Positions 56,801 to 64,000 of a stretch of 64,000 bases of DNA are shown here, piece by piece. How positions within the stretch are numbered: the stretch's first letter is position 1; each line of letters opens with the position of its first letter. Under the pieces are notes generated by a model. The model did no database searches. It was given only the letters and a program-made list of their open reading frames with translations, and had not been told where the DNA came from. This DNA is from the human T2T-CHM13v2.0 reference genome, Homo sapiens. The stretch lies in assembly GCF_009914755.1 (NCBI RefSeq), contig NC_060933.1; one strand, given 5' to 3'. Made by a program: the position numbers and the translations under genes.

Positions 56801-59800
56801 CTTTCCACTCTTGTTGATTTCATTCCTTTCCATTCCATTCGGTTTGAAGGCATTCCATTCCATTCCATTCCATTCCATTCCATTCCATTCCATTCCACTC
56901 TGGTTAATTCCATTCCTTTCCATTCCACTCGAATACATTCCCTCCTATTCCACTCTGAACGATTCCATTCCATTCCATTCCATTCCATTCCATTCCATTG
57001 TACTCGGGTTGATTCAATTGCATTGCATTCCATTCCATTCCATTCCATTCCATTCCGTTGCATTCCATTCCATTACATTCGGATTGATTCTATTCAACTC
57101 CCTTACTCTCCATTACATTCCACTCCATTCGGGTTGTTCCATTCCATTCCATTCCACTCTATTCCATTGCACTCGGGTTGATTCCATTCCATTCCATTCC
57201 ATTCCATTCCATTCCATTCCATTCCATTCCGGATGATTCCATTCCATTGCAGTCCGTTCCATTACATTCCCCTGCACTCGCGTTGATTCCATTCCATTCC
57301 ATTCCATTCCATTCCATTCCGTTCCATTCCGTTCCATTCCATTCCATTCCATTCTATTCGCATTAATTCCATTCCATTCCATTCCATTCCATTCTATTCC
57401 ATTCCATTGCAATCGAGTTGAATCCATTGCATTTGATTCCATTCCATTCTATTCCATTCCATTGCAATCGAGTTGAATCCATTGCATTTCATTCCATTCC
57501 ATTCCATTCCATTCCATTCCGGAAATTCCATTCCATTGCATTCCATTCCATTCCATTCCCCTGCACTCGCGTTGATTCCATTCCATTCCATTCCATTCCA
57601 TTCTATTCCGTTCCGTTCCATTCCATTCCATTCCATTCCATTCCATTCCGTTCCGTTCCATTCCATTCCATTCCATTCTATTCGGGTTAATTCCATTCCA
57701 TTCCATTCGATTGCAATCGAGTTGATTCCATTCCATTCCATTCCATTCCATTCCATTCCATTCCTTTCCATTCCACTCGTGTTGATTTCATTCCTTTCCA
57801 TTCCATTCGGTTTGAAGGCATTCCATTCCATTCCATTCCATTCCATTCCATTCCACTCTTGTTGATTCCATTCCTTTCCATTCCACTCGAATACATTCCC
57901 TCCTATTCCACTCGGAACGATTCCATTCCATTCCATTCCATTCCATTCCATTCCATTCCATTCCATTGTACTCGGGTTGATTCAATTCCATTGCATTCCA
58001 TTCCATTCCATTCCGTTGCATTCCATTCCATTACATTCGGATAGATTCTATTCAACTCCCTTACTCTCCATTACATTCCACTCCATTCGGGTTGTTCCAT
58101 TCCATTCCATTCCATTCCACTCTATTCCATTGCACTCGGGTTGATTCCATTCCATTCCATTCCATTCCATTACATTCCATTCCGGATGATTCCATTCCAT
58201 TCCATTCCATTCCATTCAATTCCATTCCATTACAATTCGTTCCATTCCATTCTATTCCGCACCATTCCATTCCATTCCATACCATTCCATTCCATTTCAT
58301 TCCATTCCATTCCATTCCGTTCCATTCCGTTCCATTCCATTCCATTCCATTCTATTCGGATTAATTCCATTCCATTCCATTCCATTCCATTCTATTCCAT
58401 TCCATTGCAATCGAGTTGAATCCATTGCATTTCATTCCATTCCATTCCATTCCATTCCATTCCGGAAGATTCCATTCCATTGCATTCCATTCCATTCCAT
58501 TCCCCTGCACTCGCGTTGATTCCATTCCATTCCATTCCATTCCATTCCGTTCCGTTCCATTCCATTCCATTCCATTCCATTCCACTCCTTTCCGTTCCAT
58601 TCCATTCCATTCCATTCTATTCGGGTTAATTCCATCCCATTCCATTCGATTGCAATCGAGTTGATTCCATTCCATTCCATTCCATTCCATTCCATTCCAT
58701 TCCATTCCTTTCCATTCCATTACGGATGATTCCATTCCATTGCATTCCATTCCATTCCATTCCCCTGTACTCGGGTTCATTCCATTCCATTCCATTCCAA
58801 TCCATGCCATTCCACTCGTGTTGATTCCATTCTTTCCATTCCATTCAAGTTGAATCCATTCCATTGCATTCCATTCCATTCGATTCCATTCGATTGCACT
58901 CGGGTTGATTCCATTCCATTGCATTCCATTCCATTCCATTCCATTCTATTCCATTCCATTCCGTTCCATTCCATTCCATTACATTCGGATTGATTCTATT
59001 CAATTCCCTTACACTCCATTCCATTCCATTCCATTCGGGTAGTTTCCATTCCATTCCATTCCATTCCTCTCCATTCCATTGCACTCGGGTTGATTCCATT
59101 CCATTGCATTCCATTCCATTCAATTCCATTCCGTTCCATTCCATTCCATTACATTCGGATTGATTCTATTCAACTCCCTTACTCTCTATTACATTCCATT
59201 CCATTTGGGTTGTTCCATTACATTCCATTCCATTCCACTCCATTCCATTGCACTCGGGTTGATTCCATTCCATTCCATTCCATTCCATTCCATTCCATTC
59301 CATTCCGGAAGATTCCATTCCATTGCATTCCCTTCCATTCCATTCCCCTGCACTCGCGTTGATTCCATTCCATTCCATTCTATTCCATTCCATTCCCTTC
59401 TTTTCCGTTCCTTTCCATTCCATTCCATTCCATTCCGTTCCATTCCATTCCATTCCATTCCATTCTATTCGGGTTAATTCCATTCCATTCCATTCGATTG
59501 CAATCGAGTTGATTCCATTCCGTTCCATTCCATTCCATTCCATTCCATTCCTTTCCATTCCATTACGGATGATTCCATTCCATTGCATTCCATTCCATTC
59601 CATTCCCCTGTACTCGGGTTGATTCCATTCCATTCCATTCCAATCCATGCCATTCCACTCGTGTTGATTCCATTCTTTCCATTCCATTCAAGTTGAATCC
59701 ATTCCATTGCATTCCATTCCATTCGATTCCATTCGATTGCACTCGGGTTGATTCCCTTCCATTGCATTCCACTCCATTCCATTCCATTCCATTCCATTCC

Positions 59801-59939
59801 ATTCCATTCCATTCCGTTCCATTCCATTCCATTACATTCAGATTGATTCTATTCAATTCCCTTACACTCCATTACATTCCATTCCATTCGTGTAGTTTCC
59901 ATTCCATTCCATTCCATTCCTCTCCATTCCATTGACCTC

Positions 59940-62780
59940 GGGTTGATTCCATTCCATTGCATTCCATTCCATTCCATTCAATTCCATTCCGTTCCATTCC
60001 ATTCCATTACATTCGGATTGATTCTATTCAACTCCCTTACTCTCCATTACATTCCATTCCATTCGGGTTGTTCCATTCCATTCCATTCCATTCCACTCCA
60101 TTCCATTGCACTCGGGTTTATTCCATTCCATTCCATTCCATTCCATTCCATTCCATTCCATTCCTTTCCGTTCCATTCCATTCCATTCCATTCCATTCCA
60201 ATCCATTCCATTCCGTTGCGTTCCGTTCCAATCCATTCCATTCCATTCTATTCGGGTTAATTCCATTCCATTCCATTCGATTGCAATCGAGTTGATTCCA
60301 TGCCATTCCATTCCATTCCATTCCATTCCATTCGTTTCCATTCCATTACGGATGATTCAATTCCATTGCATTCCATTCCATTCCATTCCCCTGTACTCGG
60401 GTTGATTCCATTCCATTCCATTCCAATCCATGCCATTCCACTCGTGTTGATTCCATTCTTTCCATTCCATTCAAGTTGAATCCATTCCATTGCATTCCAT
60501 TCCATTCCATTACCCTGCAGTCGGCTTGTTTCCATTCCATTCCATTCCATTCCATTCCATTCCATTCCATTCCATTCCATTGTACTCGGGTTGATTCAAT
60601 TCCATTGCATTGCATTCCATTCCATTCCATTCCGTTGCATTCCATTCTATTACATTCGGATTGATTCTATTCAACTCCCTTACTCTCCATTACATTCCAT
60701 TCCATTCGGGTTGTTCCATTCAATTCCATTCTATTCCACTCCATTCCATTGCACTCGGGTTGATTCCATTCCATTCCATTCCATTCCATTCCATTCCATT
60801 CCATTACAATTCGTTCCATTCCATTCTATTCCGTACCATTCCATTCCATTCCATACCATTCCATTCCATTCCATTCCATTCCATTCCGTTCCATTCCATT
60901 CCATTCCATTCTATTCGAATTAATTCCATTCCATTCCATTCCATTCTATTCCATTCCATTGCAATCGAGTTGAATCCATTGCATTTCATTCCATTCCATT
61001 CCATTCCATTCCATTCCGGAAGATTCCATTCCATTGCATTCCACTCCATTACATTCCCCTGCTCTCGCGTTGATTCCATTCCATTCCATTCCATTCCATT
61101 CCATTCCCTTCCGTTCCATTCCATTCCATTCCATTCCATTCCATTCCATTCCGCTCCGTTCCATTCCATTCCATTCCATTCTATTCGGGTTAATTCCATT
61201 CCATTCCATTCGATTGCAATCGAGTTGATTCCATTCCATTCCATTCCATTCCATTCCATTCCATTCCATTCCATTCCATTCCTTTCCATTCCATTACGGA
61301 TGATTCCATTCCATTGCATTCCATACCATTCCATTCCCCTATACTCGGGTTGATTCCATTCCATTCCATTCCAATCCATGCCATTCCACTCGTGGTGATT
61401 CCATTCTTTCAATTCCATTCAAGTTGAATCCATTCCATTGCATTCCATTCCATTCGATTCCATTCCATTCCATTCCGTTCCATTTCATTTCATTACATTC
61501 AGATTGATTCTATTCAATTCCCTTACACTCCATTATATTCCAATCCATTCTGGTTGTCTCCATTCCATTCCATTCTATTTCACTCCATTCCATTGCACTC
61601 GGGTTGATTCCATTCCATTCCATTCCATTGCATTCCATTCCATTCCATTCCGGATGATTCCATTCCATTGCACTCCATTCCATTCCATTCCCCTGCACTC
61701 GGGTTGATTCCATTCCATTCCATTACATTACAATCCGTTCCATTCCATTCCATTCCATTCGGATTGATTCTATTCAATTCCCTTACACTCCATTCCATTC
61801 CATTCCATTCGGGTAGTTTCCATTCCATTCCATTCCATTCCTCTCCATTCCATTGCACTCGGGTTGATTCCATTCCATTCCATTACATTCCATTCCATTA
61901 CATTACATTACATTACATTCCGTTCCATTGTACTCGGGTTGATTCCATTCCATTGCATTCCATTCCATTCCATTCCATTCCATTCCATTCCATTCCATTC
62001 CATTCCGTTCCATTCCATTACATTCGGATTGATTCTATTCAACTCCCTTACTCTCCATTACATTCCATTCCATTCGGGTTGTTCCATTCCATTCCATTCC
62101 ATTCCACTCCATTCCATTGCGCTCGGGTTGATTCCATTCCATTCCATTCCACTCCATTCCAGTCCTTTCCATTCCATTCCACTCGGGTTGATTCCAATGT
62201 ATTCCTTTCCATTCCATTCCATTCCATTGCAATCAAGTTGATTCCATTGCTTTGCATTCCATTCCATTCCATTCCATTCCGGATGATTCCATTCCATTGC
62301 ATTCCATTCCATTCCATTCCCCTGCACTCGGGTTGATTGCATTCCATTCCACTCCATTCCGTTCCATTCCATTCCATTCCATTGTATTCGGGTTAATTCC
62401 ATTCCATTCCATTCCATTCCATTCCATTCCATTACAATCGAGTTGATTCTATTCCATTCCATTCCATTCCAGTCCTTTCCATTCCATTCCACTCGGGTTG
62501 ATTCCATTCCATTAGTTTCCATTCCATTCCATTCCCTTCCATTCCACTCTGGTTGATACCATTCCTTTCCATTCCACTCGAATACAATCCCTCCTATTCC
62601 ACTCGGAACGATTCCATTCCATTCCATTTCATTCCATTCCATTCCATTCCATTTCGTTCCATTCCATTCTATTCCGTATCATTCCATTCCATTCCTTTCC
62701 ATTCCATTCCATTCCATTCCATTCCATTCCATTGTACTCGGGTTGATTCAATTCCATTGCATTCCATTCCATTCCATTCC
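59940..62780 (+). repeat. Rearranged paralog of the 8.75-12.0 kb region
   Basis: Shared rare words: TCGTTTCCATTCCATTACGGATGATTCAA 9141/60332, ACCCTGCAGTCGG 9321/60512, CCCTATACTCGGG 11101/61337, GGTTGTCT 11371/61552, TGCGCTCGGG 11942/62118, CCAATGTATTCC 9556/62194. Confidence 0.8.
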
Positions 62781-64000
62781 ATTCCATTCAATTCGGTTGC
62801 ATTCCATTCCATTACATTCGGATTGATTCTATTCAACTCCCTTACTCTCCATTCCATTCCATTCCATTCGGGTTGTTCCATTCCATTCCATTCCATTCCA
62901 CTCCATTCCATTGCACTCGGGTTGATTCCATTCCATTCCATACCATTCCATTCCATTCCATTCCGGATGATTCCATTCCATTGCATTCCGTTCCATTACA
63001 TTCCCCTGCACTCGCGTTGATTCCATTCCATTCCATTCCATTCCGTTCCGTTCCATTCCGTTCCATTCCATTCCATTCCATTCTATTCGGATTAATTCCA
63101 AACCATTCCATTCCATTCTATTCCATTCCATTGCAATCGATTTGAATCCATTGCATTTCATTCCATTCCATTCCATTCCGGAAGATTCCATTCCATTTCA
63201 TTCCATTCCATTCCATTTCCCTGCACTCGCGTTGATTCCATTCCATTCCATTCCATTCCATTCCATTCCATTCCTTTCCATTCCATTACGGATGATTCCA
63301 TTCCATTGCATTCCATTCCATTCCATTCCCCTGTACTCGGGTTGATTCCATTCCATTCCATTCCAATCCATGGCATTCCACTCTTGTTGATTCCATTCTT
63401 TCCATTCCATTCAAGTTGAATCCATTCCATTGCATTCCATTCCATTCGTTTCCATTCTATTGCACTCGGGTTGATTCCATTCCATTGCATTCCATTCCAT
63501 TCCATTCCATTCCATTCCATTCCATTCCGTTCCATTCCATTCCATTACATTCGGATTGATTCTATTCAATTCCCTTACACTCCATTACATTCCATTCCAT
63601 TCGGGTAGTTTCCATTCCATTCCATTCCATTCCTCTCCATTCCATTGCACTCGGGTTGATTCCATTCCATTGCATTCCATTCCATTCCATTCCATTCCAT
63701 TCCGTTCCATTCCATTCCATTACATTGGGATTGATTCTATTCAACTCCCTTACTCTCCATTACATTCCATTCCATTCGGGTTGTTCCATTCCATTCCATT
63801 CCATTCCACTCCATTCCATTGCACTCGGGTTGATTCCATTCCATTCCATTCCATTCCATTCCATTCCATTCCATTCCGGAAGATTCCATTCCATTGAATT
63901 CCATTCCATTCCATTCCATTCCCCTGCACTCGCGTTGATTCCATTCCATTCCATTCCATTCCATTCCATTCCATTCCTTTCCGTTCCATTCCATTCCATT

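Larger units (their letters stand above)
1..64000 (+). repeat. Satellite III (HSat3-type) array, (CATTC)n on + / (GAATG)n on -, diverged and modular; continues past both window edges
   Basis: CATTC pentamer dominates from base 1 to 64000 with no unique sequence. The Sat III-diagnostic decamer ACTCGGGTTG/ATTCGGGTTG is frequent (e.g. 40-49). The HSat2-type CATTCGATGAT pattern is not dominant. Confidence 0.98.

Noticed and set aside
1-64000. Hundreds of ORFs encoding (HSIPF)n or (MEWNG)n
   Set aside because: Three pentamers make 15 nt, giving a 5-aa repeat with no stop codon in any frame, and GAATG supplies ATGs on the - strand. The ORFs overlap in all six frames and have no domain content, so they are satellite translation artefacts.
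1-64000. CRISPR-like alternation of conserved words and spacers
   Set aside because: The spacers are just variable numbers of CATTC, not unique sequences. There are no cas genes, and the context is eukaryotic satellite.
1-64000. Assignment to a regular known higher-order repeat (e.g. 3.6-kb DYZ1 or 1.8-kb D15Z1) or to a specific chromosome or subfamily
   Set aside because: Marker spacings are irregular and no constant period is visible. Assignment needs a k-mer comparison with reference arrays, which I cannot run.
1-64000. Strand inversion, or embedded Alu/L1/unique-sequence island
   Set aside because: I saw no (GAATG)n tract, poly(A) tail or non-satellite stretch longer than a few tens of bases on the + strand.
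29000-64000. A global ~28.9-kb periodicity
   Set aside because: The offset holds only for ~1.1-6.45 kb against 30-35.4 kb. 8.6-29 kb does not recur at +28.9 kb, and 58-64 kb does not match 29-35 kb.

Overview
The whole 64 kb window is one uninterrupted array of (CATTC)n/(GAATG)n classical satellite of the human/great-ape Satellite III (HSat3) type. The C-rich strand is on + throughout, and the diagnostic Sat III interruption ACTCGGGTTG (CAACCCGAGT on -) recurs everywhere. I see no genes, RNA genes, transposon insertions or strand inversions. All listed ORFs are translation artefacts of the pentamer (HSIPF / MEWNG). The informative structure is higher-order. (i) A small vocabulary of CpG-bearing interruption words recurs in a stereotyped order. 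(ii) The 0.1-8.5 kb block is re-copied as a patchwork of partial copies across about 30-50.8 kb. (iii) A second sub-lineage of modules occupies about 8.8-18 kb and 51-63 kb. (iv) Nested tandem duplications range from 20 bp to 2.6 kb. (v) One recurring word, ATTCCGGAAGATTCC, is a perfect three-unit heat-shock element, and another is a 14-18 bp perfect palindrome. Coordinates and counts were read by eye and are approximate. Species, chromosome and HSat3 subfamily cannot be assigned from this window alone. I found no support for a novel protein-coding system.
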